Virus record (IMG/VR): IMGVR_UViG_3300048924_000191
Span: 1 to 64,000 of that record
DNA: 64,000 bases
Direction: 5' to 3' (one strand)
The notes under the pieces were generated by a model that was given only the letters and a program-made list of their open reading frames with translations, did no database searches and was not told where the DNA came from. Of this stretch, positions 20,335 to 30,288 are shown in pieces. Numbering within the stretch: position 1 is the stretch's first letter; each line of letters starts with the position of its first letter. A program made the position numbers and the translations under genes.

Positions 20335-21078
20335 ATGGCTGGTCCAAAAACAGCGTTAGCGCTATTTCGGAAGGTTACGTTTGCAGCGTACCACTTCCAA
20401 ATCAAGCGTGTCTTGAAAGAACGCGTCAGGAAACTCGCTACGAGGTCTGGTGATACGACCCTCCTCTTACCCAACTGGAGTGTCTTTGAGTTGCTGAAGG
20501 TCGCTAGAGCGGCTCTGGCAGCACACATCGCCAGGCGAGACAACCCTCACCAGGAAACGATGCGCTCGATCGGCTCGTATACCGACGCTGACATCGTCGC
20601 TAAGTTGTCGAAGAAGGTCCCGAACTCCATTGTCCCGGTCTCCTCGTACGGGGTGTTGGATTTCATGACCGACGCTGAAGTCGCAGCGGCGTGGGTACCG
20701 TCAGGGTTCACGCTGACCTGCAACCGGTCGATGAGGGCTATCCTTTCAGGTACGCCTTACGTCCTGCCGGCTGCTACCATCAACCTCTACACGGTCGATG
20801 CAAACCCTGCGAACAAAACGTTCAACATTTACTTAAGAGCGCAGTTCGGGTTGATCCGGTACGAGTGCCGGGCAGATACACCACCCGAATCGGTGTCGAT
20901 TATGTTCTTGGGTTCGATCACGACTAACGGAGCGGGTATCGTCAGTAAGTCGTTCTCGACCGTCTACAGACTCGACACATTCCGCCTCAGCCTGCAACCG
21001 GTCGGTTCTGCCATCCCTGTGGCGAGCGGACCTATCGATGCTCCAGCCAAGTTCCCTGCTAGCTGGAATCCCCTTTAA
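20335..21078 (+). CDS. tail fibre-associated paralogue
   Basis: HIARRDNPHQ motif and C-terminal RLD...GSAIPVASG; AAGGAGG RBS. Confidence 0.6.
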   Translation: MAGPKTALALFRKVTFAAYHFQIKRVLKERVRKLATRSGDTTLLLPNWSVFELLKVARAALAAHIARRDNPHQETMRSIGSYTDADIVAKLSKKVPNSIVPVSSYGVLDFMTDAEVAAAWVPSGFTLTCNRSMRAILSGTPYVLPAATINLYTVDANPANKTFNIYLRAQFGLIRYECRADTPPESVSIMFLGSITTNGAGIVSKSFSTVYRLDTFRLSLQPVGSAIPVASGPIDAPAKFPASWNPL

Positions 21079-21090
21079 GGAAGCCTTACG

Positions 21091-21723
21091 ATGAAACAGC
21101 CTGTCCCAGAAGCACCCACTAACGTCCAGCACTCCAACCCGTACAACGACATCAGTCGCGGACTGTTCGTTATCCGCAACCCAGAGTCGTCGATCAAACT
21201 CGCTCGAGTGCATGCCGCTACCTGGGTGACCAAAGGACCGGCTGCTGGTATCGGTCATCTGCAGTTCCAGCTGATGGGTTATACCGCTCAGCCTACGACT
21301 GCAGAGGAATACGCAAACGGCGTTCTGCTGGATGCGCCAGACGGTACCAAGTGGTTCGACTGCCTTACCCGAGGACTGGTCACCAAACCGATCATGGCCG
21401 AGTATTGGGCCATCAACATCTTCTACGCTCACTACATCAACGTAGACGCGGAGAAGCTTTCTCAGGAAGAGATCGACAACGCCAACACACAGGCCGCTGT
21501 GTTTACCGCTACCATGGGTAAACCTTACGATCTGAAGGCCATCGATTTCCAAGTGTCGTTCCAAGCTGTCGGGGGTCAACCGATCTCCCGCATCAGCATG
21601 GCACTTGGGATCGACTATGAACTCAATGGCGCAGCCGAGCACATGGATATCGGCGATTTCCCAACAGTGGACTTCGACCCTGTGCGCTTTGCTGGTTTGA
21701 CAATCAGGAATCAACGGGAGTAA
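21091..21723 (+). CDS. hypothetical protein
   Basis: 210 aa, AAGGA RBS, in operon before the endolysin. Confidence 0.7.
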   Translation: MKQPVPEAPTNVQHSNPYNDISRGLFVIRNPESSIKLARVHAATWVTKGPAAGIGHLQFQLMGYTAQPTTAEEYANGVLLDAPDGTKWFDCLTRGLVTKPIMAEYWAINIFYAHYINVDAEKLSQEEIDNANTQAAVFTATMGKPYDLKAIDFQVSFQAVGGQPISRISMALGIDYELNGAAEHMDIGDFPTVDFDPVRFAGLTIRNQRE

Positions 21724-21726
21724 GTC

Positions 21727-22413
21727 ATGGCTACCAAGCCTGATGCAAGCGTTAAAAAGACCCAGGAGATGTTGAACAGTCTGGGCTTCAACTGCGGTAC
21801 GCCTGATGGGCTGTGGGGACCCAAGTCCCTCGGTGCGTACACGTCCCTCCTCAACGCCACAATCGATCCGTCCAAACCTCTTGGGGTACGGCGTGTCGGT
21901 TGGGGGCAGAAGTTCTCCGCACCTGCACTGACTCGTCTGGCGCAAATGGTCAAAGATCTGCGTTGCGAACCAGTGTCCATCAGTACCTTCATGGGCTGTA
22001 TGGCGTGGGAGACTGGTCGTAGTCTCAGCCCTGCGGAGAAGAACAAGATCTCCGGAGCTACGGGCCTGATCCAGTTCATGGAACCTACCGCCAAAGGCCT
22101 GGGTACCAGTCAAGCTGCGCTCGCGAAGATGAGCGTACTCGAACAACTGGAATACGTCTACCTGCACTTCAAGCCGTTCGCCGGTAAGCTGAAGAACGAT
22201 GGTGACGTTTACATGACCATCCTCCTGCCTCGTGCCGTCGGTAAAGCTGACGACTACGTGCTGTGGGACAAGTCTAACTATCCAACCGCGTTCTCGCAGA
22301 ACAAAGGTCTGGATCTGAACGACGATGGTCTGATCACCCGTACTGAGTGCATGCACAAGGTGCGTAACCTGATCGTCGAAGGCTTCCTGCCGAACAACGT
22401 TCTGGTCTGCTAA
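21727..22413 (+). CDS. modular endolysin: PG-binding domain plus lytic transglycosylase (phiKZ gp144-like architecture)
   Basis: VKKTQEMLNSLGF..DGLWGPKS peptidoglycan-binding motif; catalytic WETG and SGATGLIQFM SLT motif; C-terminal EF-hand-like DLNDDGLITRTE. Confidence 0.88.
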   Translation: MATKPDASVKKTQEMLNSLGFNCGTPDGLWGPKSLGAYTSLLNATIDPSKPLGVRRVGWGQKFSAPALTRLAQMVKDLRCEPVSISTFMGCMAWETGRSLSPAEKNKISGATGLIQFMEPTAKGLGTSQAALAKMSVLEQLEYVYLHFKPFAGKLKNDGDVYMTILLPRAVGKADDYVLWDKSNYPTAFSQNKGLDLNDDGLITRTECMHKVRNLIVEGFLPNNVLVC

Positions 22414-22429
22414 GCAAAAAAAAAGAAGA

Positions 22430-22462
22430 CATACAGCCCGGGCATTGTGCCCGGGCTGTATG
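22430..22462. terminator. 15-bp hairpin between convergent genes
   Basis: CATACAGCCCGGGCA-ttg-TGCCCGGGCTGTATG with an upstream A9 tract (U-tract on -). Confidence 0.78.
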
Positions 22463-22484
22463 CTGTTCGCCACCCGTTGAGATT

Positions 22485-23207
22485 TTAGACCGTGGTGTCA
22501 CACTTCCCTTCGCCGAGCACGGCAACCTTGCGCACCAACTCAGCCATGACTTCAGGGGTCTTGGCCAGATAGTCGAGTTCGACATGATCCAGGCGCAATG
22601 CACCGATCTGAATGTCGCGACGATAGGAAGTAATAACCACTTCGATCTCGACGATCTTGACGTTGACACTGCGGTTGATGTTCATCCATCCGCGTTCTTT
22701 GTCGACGTCCAGGTGAAGAGCGACCTCCTCGTTGTCGATACCCAGCTGTACCGAACAGCGCATTGCCCGCTGACACGCCGTCGATTCGACGAATTCCAGA
22801 GAGGAGTTGGTAGTCAGCATAACGCCACTGTTCGATGCTATCTTGACGTTCTTGAGTGTTGCGTTACGCACGTATTCGCCGAAAGCAATCTCGCCATCAG
22901 CGGGTGGGGAAAGGAGGGCAAACAGATTGACGCCAAACTTTCGTTCATCCTGAACCTCTCCAGAAATACACAGCGCATCGAGGTCCAGAGCGATGGTTTC
23001 GAACCGAGTGTTCATCGGTATCTCAGCCGGCTTCCAGTCGACCATTGCTTGTTTGAGATCGTTCAACCCTTTGACATAATCGTAGTGGTCGAAGTTATAA
23101 CCAGTAGTAGCGAGTGCGTGTTTGAGAATTTCCTCAACACGTTCCTTGGACACTTCTACTTGTTTATCCCCAAAAGAGAGGATGGCGTTAGGACGAGTTT
23201 CGTACAT
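22485..23207 (-). CDS. hypothetical protein
   Basis: start moved to ATG 23207 (MYETRP) behind an AGGTGA RBS. Confidence 0.65.
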   Translation of the reverse strand: MYETRPNAILSFGDKQVEVSKERVEEILKHALATTGYNFDHYDYVKGLNDLKQAMVDWKPAEIPMNTRFETIALDLDALCISGEVQDERKFGVNLFALLSPPADGEIAFGEYVRNATLKNVKIASNSGVMLTTNSSLEFVESTACQRAMRCSVQLGIDNEEVALHLDVDKERGWMNINRSVNVKIVEIEVVITSYRRDIQIGALRLDHVELDYLAKTPEVMAELVRKVAVLGEGKCDTTV

Positions 23208-23469
23208 GTGTAAATCACCTTGTAGAGAATGATTGTTTACTTGCATGAAAGAGGTATTTTAATTAAGTAATTACCTTTCATTGATTTGCAGCATAAAGAC
23301 CCTCCCCTACCCCTGGCGGAGTAAAGCACTGGAGAAGTTCGCATCGTTACACTCGCTCACGTTTCTGGACCGTCAACTTCGCTTCGCTACGTTTCCTAAA
23401 GAATAAGGAAGAAGGCGTGTTACAAAAGATTCGATTACTTATTAACTGTTTACGGCATAAAGAAACCAA

Positions 23470-23495
23470 GACTACCTGGCCGAAACCAGGTAGTC
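23470..23495 (-). terminator. terminator hairpin of the portal gene
   Basis: GACTACCTGG-n6-CCAGGTAGTC followed on - by TTGGTTTCTTTATGCCGT. Confidence 0.65.
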
Positions 23496-23507
23496 GAGGT
23501 AATCACG

Positions 23508-26438
23508 TCAAACTTTAGGAGGTGTGGTATCGATACCAAGATCGAGGTCAGGAACCCCGGTATCGTCATCTTCCTTCTGAGTACCTTCGTCAGCTTGCTC
23601 CTGCTGCTGATCTTGATCGGCGTTAGCCGTGCTGTCATCGTCTTCCTTCTGAGCTTGAGTATCCTCTTCCTGAGGACCATCTTGATCAGTGGTATCCAGA
23701 ATGACATCGTCGTCTTGCTGAACGTTGTCGTCTGGTTGGTCGTTATCTCCAGGCTGAGTATCTGCCGGAGCTTCCTGACCGAAGGTTTCGTCACTGTCCA
23801 GAGGCTGGGCTTCAGCAATCGCCCGAGCCTTCTCATCCATATTTGCAACCGACTCGTTGCGAGTCTTACGACGGATGGCGTCTTTAGCAGCCCGCTTACT
23901 GTATTCAGCGAATGCAGCGTTCAGACCCTCTACGTGAGCTGCCATCTCTTCGTTCAGTTCCATCAGCGGCTTACCATCTTCGCCACTACCGAACACGTCC
24001 ATCTCACGGAACAGACCACGAGTACGCAAGAACTCACGCAACTTGACGCCTTTCCAAGCAGCGATCATCGACGGCAATGCTTCCCGCTGGATCTGGGTAG
24101 CGTAACCATCGAGGTATTCGTCCTTGACAAAGGCCGCGATGATCTTGTCGAGGAACTGATCGTACTTGTCGTAAATCTCCATGTGCTTCTCGAGGTTGTC
24201 GATATCAGGCGCAGGGAGTGTTACGGTGAGGTTGTTGATGAACTCTTGCAGGTAGACCTCATGGTCACCTTCGAAGTCTTCTGGCAACCACTTCTTGTTC
24301 TCCTCAATGATAGCCAACAGGTCATCGATGAGGATACCGTCGTTCATGGTCGAGATCCGAACGTAGTCGGTGAGCATCGGGTTGGTCTGACGCTGAACCA
24401 TCATCACCCGCTTAAGCAGCAGCAGGTTGTTGTTCACGGCCGTGGTCGCAAACTCAGGCTGGTTCATGTTGTCCACCATCTCTGGCGTCACGCTGAACAC
24501 GCGACATACGTCATCGCGAGCCTGATTGAGGGTGTCGGTATCGATAGCCACTTGCTGCGATTCACGCGGCTGGATAGACGTCTTGATTTCCGGGAAGCGA
24601 GGGTTACCCGACACCGACACGGAGTAGGACGTCATTTGCAGCGCTTCAGCAATACCCTGAGGACTGTTGATCGCCATCGGCAATTGGTTGAACGCCAGTG
24701 CCATTGCCTCGTTGACCAGGTAACCCACGGTCTCGGTAGGGTTCTTGTCGCTAGGGTCCAGCTCGATCACGATATCCTTCCCAGGAATCGCGTTGTTGAT
24801 CGAACCCATGACGTGTGCCACCATCAGGTTTGCACGCATAGCGCACAGGCCTTTGGCGTCTTCGAGTATGGATTTACCCACGCCATACTCGTTGAAGTCG
24901 TACGCCATGTAAACCATCATCTCGGCCGGTACATACAGCAGAGTGGTTTGTTGGTTCTTGAGCGTACGGGCAAGCATCAGCTTGTCGATATGCTCAGTAC
25001 GACCCAACTCGAATTGCCCACCCATCGCACCCGACTTCAGACGCGACATGAGGTCACGCTCGATCACGTCACCGCACAGCTGAGCCATCCGGTCAATCGC
25101 GATGTCAGAGGCGTTGGCAATACCACCGTTGATCGCACCAGCTGCCATGTTCAGCAACTCACCAGCGATCTGGTTACCAGAACCTACCTGCTCGCCACCA
25201 CCCAACATCCCACGACGTACATCGTCGTAGTAGTCAAGGGTTTTGACCGACGCCACTGGGAAGCCGTTACCGTCTTGGATCACCCAGTAGCCGATGTGGT
25301 TCTTACGGTCACCTGGGATACAAACAGGGATAACCGCTTGAGTCGGCAAGTGATACTTCAGTGGGTGACCTACGGTGTGGCCGCCGGACTGTTTGAGCGT
25401 TGGGAGCACTTCCATGCGGGAGCGCTTCGGCTGCTGAGGTTTGCGGAAGAACCGACTGTAGATCTGGTTGTCGGTGAGACCTTTCTTCTGCTTCTTCGAG
25501 TAGCCAGGCGACGTTTCCAACTGAGGATTCTTATCGTCCTTGTTGTTCTTGTCGTCATCCTGCGAAGACTCCGCTTCACGACGCAACCGGTCACGACGGC
25601 GGGATTCGAGCGTCAGTTCGCCGTAAGCGGTCTGCATCATCCGCTCACGCTTGAGTTCCTGTACGGCAGGAGCGCGTAGGGAAGCCAAGTTATCTGTTAC
25701 GCGGAACGGCAATGGTACGGTCTTCTTGACCTTACCTTCAGTGCTGATTTCAGCCTTGATGGTATGGTAATCGGCCATGTCCTGGAAACTGATCCGGGTT
25801 TTGGCCGACTCGAAACTCGCGTAATCGGTACCACCCGCCGTGGCGACTCGCAGGCCGAGCACGCCCTTAGGCCGGAACCAGCCATTCCACCATTCCCCGT
25901 CGTAGTTTGCCACCGACTCCATACTGGCGTCGTTGTTCGAACCGTTAACCATACGGTCGAGTGCAGCCTCTGGGATGATGAGGATTGGGTGAGCGCCGTG
26001 CAGAATCAACGCTTCGTCGATCCACTCGTGTAGCTTGTTGGGGGTCTGCTCTTCGTCAATGAAGTGCTCTTTGAGACGATCGGTCATCAAACCCGTCAGT
26101 TGACTATCCGTGCCCGTTACCTTGCCATCGAAGATGAGCGTGGTGGTGACCAAGTCACCCGGTGCGCAGATTGCACTGACAAGGATGTCTCGCGGCAGGT
26201 TAAGGTCCGGCATCACCTTGAAGATGTTGGCGATGTCAGACACGTCCCGCAAGTTGCGACGGAAGACGTCGGCTAGAGCCTGAACGTCAATCGATCGACC
26301 GCTACCGTTGTTATTGTTCGTCCTGGCAGCCGGCCCGGTGCGGTCCATGACCAGACGCTGCACGAGACGATTGTCGGCCTCACTACCTTTCTTGAATGGC
26401 TCGGCCCGACTTGGGAGCCTCGAATCATTATCGGCCAT
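23508..26438 (-). CDS. portal protein (phiKZ gp129-like)
   Basis: 976 aa; portal-like blocks (YGVGKSILE, FSVTPEMVD, EFATTAV), S-x-E maturation-type motifs, acidic C-terminal tail; divergent from a gp128-like gene. Confidence 0.75.
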   Translation of the reverse strand: MADNDSRLPSRAEPFKKGSEADNRLVQRLVMDRTGPAARTNNNNGSGRSIDVQALADVFRRNLRDVSDIANIFKVMPDLNLPRDILVSAICAPGDLVTTTLIFDGKVTGTDSQLTGLMTDRLKEHFIDEEQTPNKLHEWIDEALILHGAHPILIIPEAALDRMVNGSNNDASMESVANYDGEWWNGWFRPKGVLGLRVATAGGTDYASFESAKTRISFQDMADYHTIKAEISTEGKVKKTVPLPFRVTDNLASLRAPAVQELKRERMMQTAYGELTLESRRRDRLRREAESSQDDDKNNKDDKNPQLETSPGYSKKQKKGLTDNQIYSRFFRKPQQPKRSRMEVLPTLKQSGGHTVGHPLKYHLPTQAVIPVCIPGDRKNHIGYWVIQDGNGFPVASVKTLDYYDDVRRGMLGGGEQVGSGNQIAGELLNMAAGAINGGIANASDIAIDRMAQLCGDVIERDLMSRLKSGAMGGQFELGRTEHIDKLMLARTLKNQQTTLLYVPAEMMVYMAYDFNEYGVGKSILEDAKGLCAMRANLMVAHVMGSINNAIPGKDIVIELDPSDKNPTETVGYLVNEAMALAFNQLPMAINSPQGIAEALQMTSYSVSVSGNPRFPEIKTSIQPRESQQVAIDTDTLNQARDDVCRVFSVTPEMVDNMNQPEFATTAVNNNLLLLKRVMMVQRQTNPMLTDYVRISTMNDGILIDDLLAIIEENKKWLPEDFEGDHEVYLQEFINNLTVTLPAPDIDNLEKHMEIYDKYDQFLDKIIAAFVKDEYLDGYATQIQREALPSMIAAWKGVKLREFLRTRGLFREMDVFGSGEDGKPLMELNEEMAAHVEGLNAAFAEYSKRAAKDAIRRKTRNESVANMDEKARAIAEAQPLDSDETFGQEAPADTQPGDNDQPDDNVQQDDDVILDTTDQDGPQEEDTQAQKEDDDSTANADQDQQQEQADEGTQKEDDDTGVPDLDLGIDTTPPKV

Positions 26439-26469
26439 CTACACCTCTCCTGTACAGATCGGGGTCGCT

Positions 26470-28698
26470 ATGAATGCGTACTATAAGCTTTATTTGGACA
26501 GCGTCTTCAGACTGGCAACATCGCTAGTTCTCAAGAGCTCGATTACAGCCGACCGAATGAACAGTCGGTTGAAAACTCTTGGGTTCGATGTGAACCCTGA
26601 CGATCCTGCCAGTTGGAAGTACTACCGTAACCTTGCCGGCCTGTACCACACGGCCGACACGATGATGACCGTAACCTCGCTGGACACTCGCGAGATCATC
26701 GACTTCACCATCGAGAATCTGAAGGTACACCGGGCTACTCGCCGGGAGTACAAGTTCGGGTCGGACTACTACAAGGCCTTGCTCAAACGCTACCCAGATC
26801 AGTCAATCCTGATCGGGGGCATCATCGGCCCAATCGACACCGCGACGGCTATTGCGTCGAAAGATCATAACATCTTGTCTTACGACATGGCGTTGGTCGA
26901 ATCGAACGAACAGCAGTTGATTCCCGGTATCCAGCGCTACATCGACCTGATGTTCGTACGCTGGCACAACGCCGACTACAACCTGTTCGAGCCGTTCTAC
27001 TACACAATGATGTTGGCGGGTCTTGCAGGTCAGCTGGTTCCTGAGATACTCAACCTGCGTAAGCTGGCTACCAAGACCGATCAGGCGCATAGCTATCACA
27101 TCAGGCAATACCTGATGAGCTTCAGTCCGGTGGGTCGTGAGTTCGACTTCCTGACTCAGAAGCAGAAGCTGTATCTGTATCGGAACATCCGTTACCTGAA
27201 TCTGAACATCGGACGTCAGGAGATTCTGGATGAACTGACGCAGAAGATCCTGACCGATCGCGGTTTCTCGCTGGCTAAGTACATGATCGAGCACAACTAC
27301 GGCAAGATGCCGATCGATGCTCTTGATCCTGAGATCCGGTTGAATCGCATTACCGTCAACGGTATCGAGCCTGCGTTCGGCAGTAACTCCAAGACCGTGG
27401 CTGAAATGCTCGACATGGAACTGCCGCTGGCTAGGGACAACCCACTGCACTGGGAAGAAGCACTGGCAGACACCACTTGGAAGATGACCAACTCCTTGTG
27501 GAACAAGTTGCCAACCAAGGTGCTTGAGTCGAACGTCGTTGACCTGACTGACGCAGAACCGTTTACGTTGACGGAGGTGCTCCTTAACCACTGGATCTAC
27601 CTATCGCATTTCAACTACTTCAAGTCCGTCATCACGTTCACCAACCCTGCGAACGGCGATAAGTACAACCTGTCGGTGAAGGATGCCTTCATCTTCTATC
27701 TGTACGCCTACAACGCTTCTAACGCTATCAAGCTGAAGAAGGTCCCGACCATCAGTGCTAACCGTGTTCGCCGGATTCCTCCTGCGACCTGGAACGAGCT
27801 GCGGGGCATGGCAGACAAGAAGAAGGTGCCGGACTACTACGTCGACAAGATCATCGACGATCAGGTACCGATCATTCCCTACATCTCCACGGAAGCCTTC
27901 CGTGAAGCGTGTGTGGACATCCACAAGATCATGTTGGCCCATCGTGAGATGCGCTTCTACAACGGCGACTACATCGCTGAAGGTCAGTTGCACACGATCA
28001 TAGATCGTTGCTACATGGACATCCGCATCGATCTGGGTGAGAACGCGTACTACCAAGACTGGTTGGATGAGAAGGGGATTGACACCTCGGCAATGGGACG
28101 GCTGGAATACAGCCTAATCGCCGCTGAGATCTTCAAGACAGCCACCGGTGGGGATCTGGGCAACCAGACCACTACCCGTCAAGTGCACGCTGCCATGATC
28201 CGCATCATGCGCACGCTGTCCCCTTACTCCGTGCAGTTTATTGCACAGATCAACGACAGTCCGATCAAGATCATCGACGGGAAGTTCCCGACGCTTACGA
28301 TCCCACACATGAAGAGCTACTCGCACATTGATGTCGAGTTGGTGATTCCGGTCATTCAGGACATGAATGCTCGTGAGCACACGTACCACCACGTACCGGT
28401 TCCGGTGCCTCTGATGGGTGTGCGAATCACCGAAGAGAAGGCTCGGATGTTCGTGCCGGTCGAAGCGTTGATCAAGGTCAAGGCTACCACCACCAAGTAC
28501 ATGCCTACCGAAATCGCAGCGCCTAAGGTGTTTCTGCGAGACCCTGAGGTTGTGGACATCTCCACACTTGAATGGGACGGTGTGGTTGGGTACGAAGCCA
28601 TTCCACCGAAAGATTTGTCGGAGATGTTTACCGACAATCAATTGAGTGGGTATGAACAACTGACGGAATCTCGCCGACAATCGTTGCTGAGGGCCTGA
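26470..28698 (+). CDS. virion structural protein (phiKZ gp128-like, probably baseplate-associated)
   Basis: WKYYxNLAG motif; true start ATG 26470 (MNAYYK); ends in the array-type motif LSEMFTDNQLSGY. Confidence 0.65.
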   Translation: MNAYYKLYLDSVFRLATSLVLKSSITADRMNSRLKTLGFDVNPDDPASWKYYRNLAGLYHTADTMMTVTSLDTREIIDFTIENLKVHRATRREYKFGSDYYKALLKRYPDQSILIGGIIGPIDTATAIASKDHNILSYDMALVESNEQQLIPGIQRYIDLMFVRWHNADYNLFEPFYYTMMLAGLAGQLVPEILNLRKLATKTDQAHSYHIRQYLMSFSPVGREFDFLTQKQKLYLYRNIRYLNLNIGRQEILDELTQKILTDRGFSLAKYMIEHNYGKMPIDALDPEIRLNRITVNGIEPAFGSNSKTVAEMLDMELPLARDNPLHWEEALADTTWKMTNSLWNKLPTKVLESNVVDLTDAEPFTLTEVLLNHWIYLSHFNYFKSVITFTNPANGDKYNLSVKDAFIFYLYAYNASNAIKLKKVPTISANRVRRIPPATWNELRGMADKKKVPDYYVDKIIDDQVPIIPYISTEAFREACVDIHKIMLAHREMRFYNGDYIAEGQLHTIIDRCYMDIRIDLGENAYYQDWLDEKGIDTSAMGRLEYSLIAAEIFKTATGGDLGNQTTTRQVHAAMIRIMRTLSPYSVQFIAQINDSPIKIIDGKFPTLTIPHMKSYSHIDVELVIPVIQDMNAREHTYHHVPVPVPLMGVRITEEKARMFVPVEALIKVKATTTKYMPTEIAAPKVFLRDPEVVDISTLEWDGVVGYEAIPPKDLSEMFTDNQLSGYEQLTESRRQSLLRA

Positions 28699-28709
28699 GG
28701 ACAAGAACG

Positions 28710-29666
28710 ATGATTGCACCAGAGATCTTATTCAGGATGCATCCTGAAGATGCCGTCAGAGCCATGATTGGTGAGAAGGTAAAGCGTCCCATGAAGGCCG
28801 ACTACCTGAGGCTTGGTAAACCCAAGTCCTTGGGTGGTCTTCGTACCTCGGTGGAAGTGACGTTGGACCGCAGTAGAGCACCGGTGGAGTTGTGGGATCG
28901 GGAAGGGTCATACTTCTTCGAATACGATCGTACCGACATCGGTCAGTTCCTTCAAAGCACTAACAGAACCCTCAAAACGGCACTGCCTGTGGATGTGGTG
29001 AATATCCTGACGGCTATCCTGTCGCCGTTTGCTATCCCAGTGGATGAGCAGGACGTTGTACCTGCCGTCTTCCTCACGCTGGGACAAGCTGACATCAATG
29101 CTAACGACGATTCGTATCGTTGGGTAGGCGACACCACAGCTACGTTGATTGCGCGTGTCATCGAGCTTTCTACGCTGCTTAAGGTTGCTCGTCTGATCGT
29201 ACCGTTCGACAGGAACTACAAGTCGTCCACCGTCAAGGACAGTATCGCTTTGCAGTTGAGTATGGCGAACGCTACGGCGCTGGATGTACCGATCACTGCG
29301 GCGATGTTTGCTCTGTCTACTCCAGTGGTAAATGGATCGACCACGTCCGAGGATAACACCAAGGTAGATCTGACCTTCAACGGTCTACCCTACTCAGGCA
29401 CGGTCAGCGTCACGTACCAACGTCGTTCGTTTGGTAATACGTTCCGCAAGCCGGTCCAGCTTTCTGGCACACAACTGTCTAATAAACAGCAGCTTGCCAC
29501 CAAGCTTTCCGTCCAAATGGGATGTGAGATCCTCGCTGCGGACATCCGCAATGAGGTATTCCCTGCCCAATCTGTGGGGTCCGTACAGGACATCCCCGTC
29601 ACGTTTGACGACAGTTCGCTGGCTTATGTTGGCACTGTTCTGGTCAAGTACCGAAGAACTTCTTGA
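28710..29666 (+). CDS. virion structural protein with two copies of the array 'A' domain
   Basis: two repeats of ..G..F.Y.R....F / D[VI]..../ S..[WY]VG pattern. Confidence 0.6.
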   Translation: MIAPEILFRMHPEDAVRAMIGEKVKRPMKADYLRLGKPKSLGGLRTSVEVTLDRSRAPVELWDREGSYFFEYDRTDIGQFLQSTNRTLKTALPVDVVNILTAILSPFAIPVDEQDVVPAVFLTLGQADINANDDSYRWVGDTTATLIARVIELSTLLKVARLIVPFDRNYKSSTVKDSIALQLSMANATALDVPITAAMFALSTPVVNGSTTSEDNTKVDLTFNGLPYSGTVSVTYQRRSFGNTFRKPVQLSGTQLSNKQQLATKLSVQMGCEILAADIRNEVFPAQSVGSVQDIPVTFDDSSLAYVGTVLVKYRRTS

Positions 29667-29687
29667 GTTCGTTACGGATAAACAACC

Positions 29688-30266
29688 ATGTCTGACACGC
29701 TACGGTTATTGAAGTTCGACCCTGCCGTGGCATTGCTGATCATGGCCAACAACCACCTCAACATCAGGTTGCGTTCAGAGTTTGCGACGGTGGGTTCGCC
29801 CATCGTCAAGGACGATAACGGCCTGACCGAAGTCACGATTGCCACACGGGAATCGATTGACGAGGGTATTCGACGAGACTACACAGGTTCGATCCAATAT
29901 GTCTTCAAGCGTATTCACGTCGCTGACATCTTCTCGAATCTGGTACTCGACCTCACACCGCCAATCACGGTCAATGGGGTCTTGAGAAACATGTCGCTTG
30001 CGACTGGTCTTGTGATATCCCCAGATGACTTCGAGAACGCGTTGGTTGAGGGCAGTAGCTTTGTCCTCAAGGCCAAATCCGAATCACTGCGGTGGTTTGG
30101 TGAAACGACAGTAATGCTGAACGAGCCAGGCGTATCGATACAACTGGCCGAGGCATTCCCCAACAACGTTCTGGATGGTCTCGTACCGCCCGTATTCGAA
30201 GGACCGTTGAGTTTGAAGAAGGCGTCTGTCTTTACCAAACTTGCCGGGTTCAGCGCAGAAGGGTAA
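29688..30266 (+). CDS. virion structural protein, array 'A' domain
   Basis: YTGSIQYVFKR, SLRWFG, C-terminal LAEAFPNNVLDGL. Confidence 0.6.
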   Translation: MSDTLRLLKFDPAVALLIMANNHLNIRLRSEFATVGSPIVKDDNGLTEVTIATRESIDEGIRRDYTGSIQYVFKRIHVADIFSNLVLDLTPPITVNGVLRNMSLATGLVISPDDFENALVEGSSFVLKAKSESLRWFGETTVMLNEPGVSIQLAEAFPNNVLDGLVPPVFEGPLSLKKASVFTKLAGFSAEG

Positions 30267-30288
30267 GTGCGAGGCAGAGGGATGCGCG

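Noticed and set aside
20833-22473. 546-aa - strand ORF spanning three + genes
   Set aside because: Antisense to recognisable genes, starts at the edge of a hairpin, no motif
23508-23800. Acidic D/E/Q tail of the portal as a separate repeat element
   Set aside because: Ordinary disordered C-terminal extension with no periodic DNA repeat
23595-25679. 694-aa + strand ORF
   Set aside because: Antisense shadow of the portal gene
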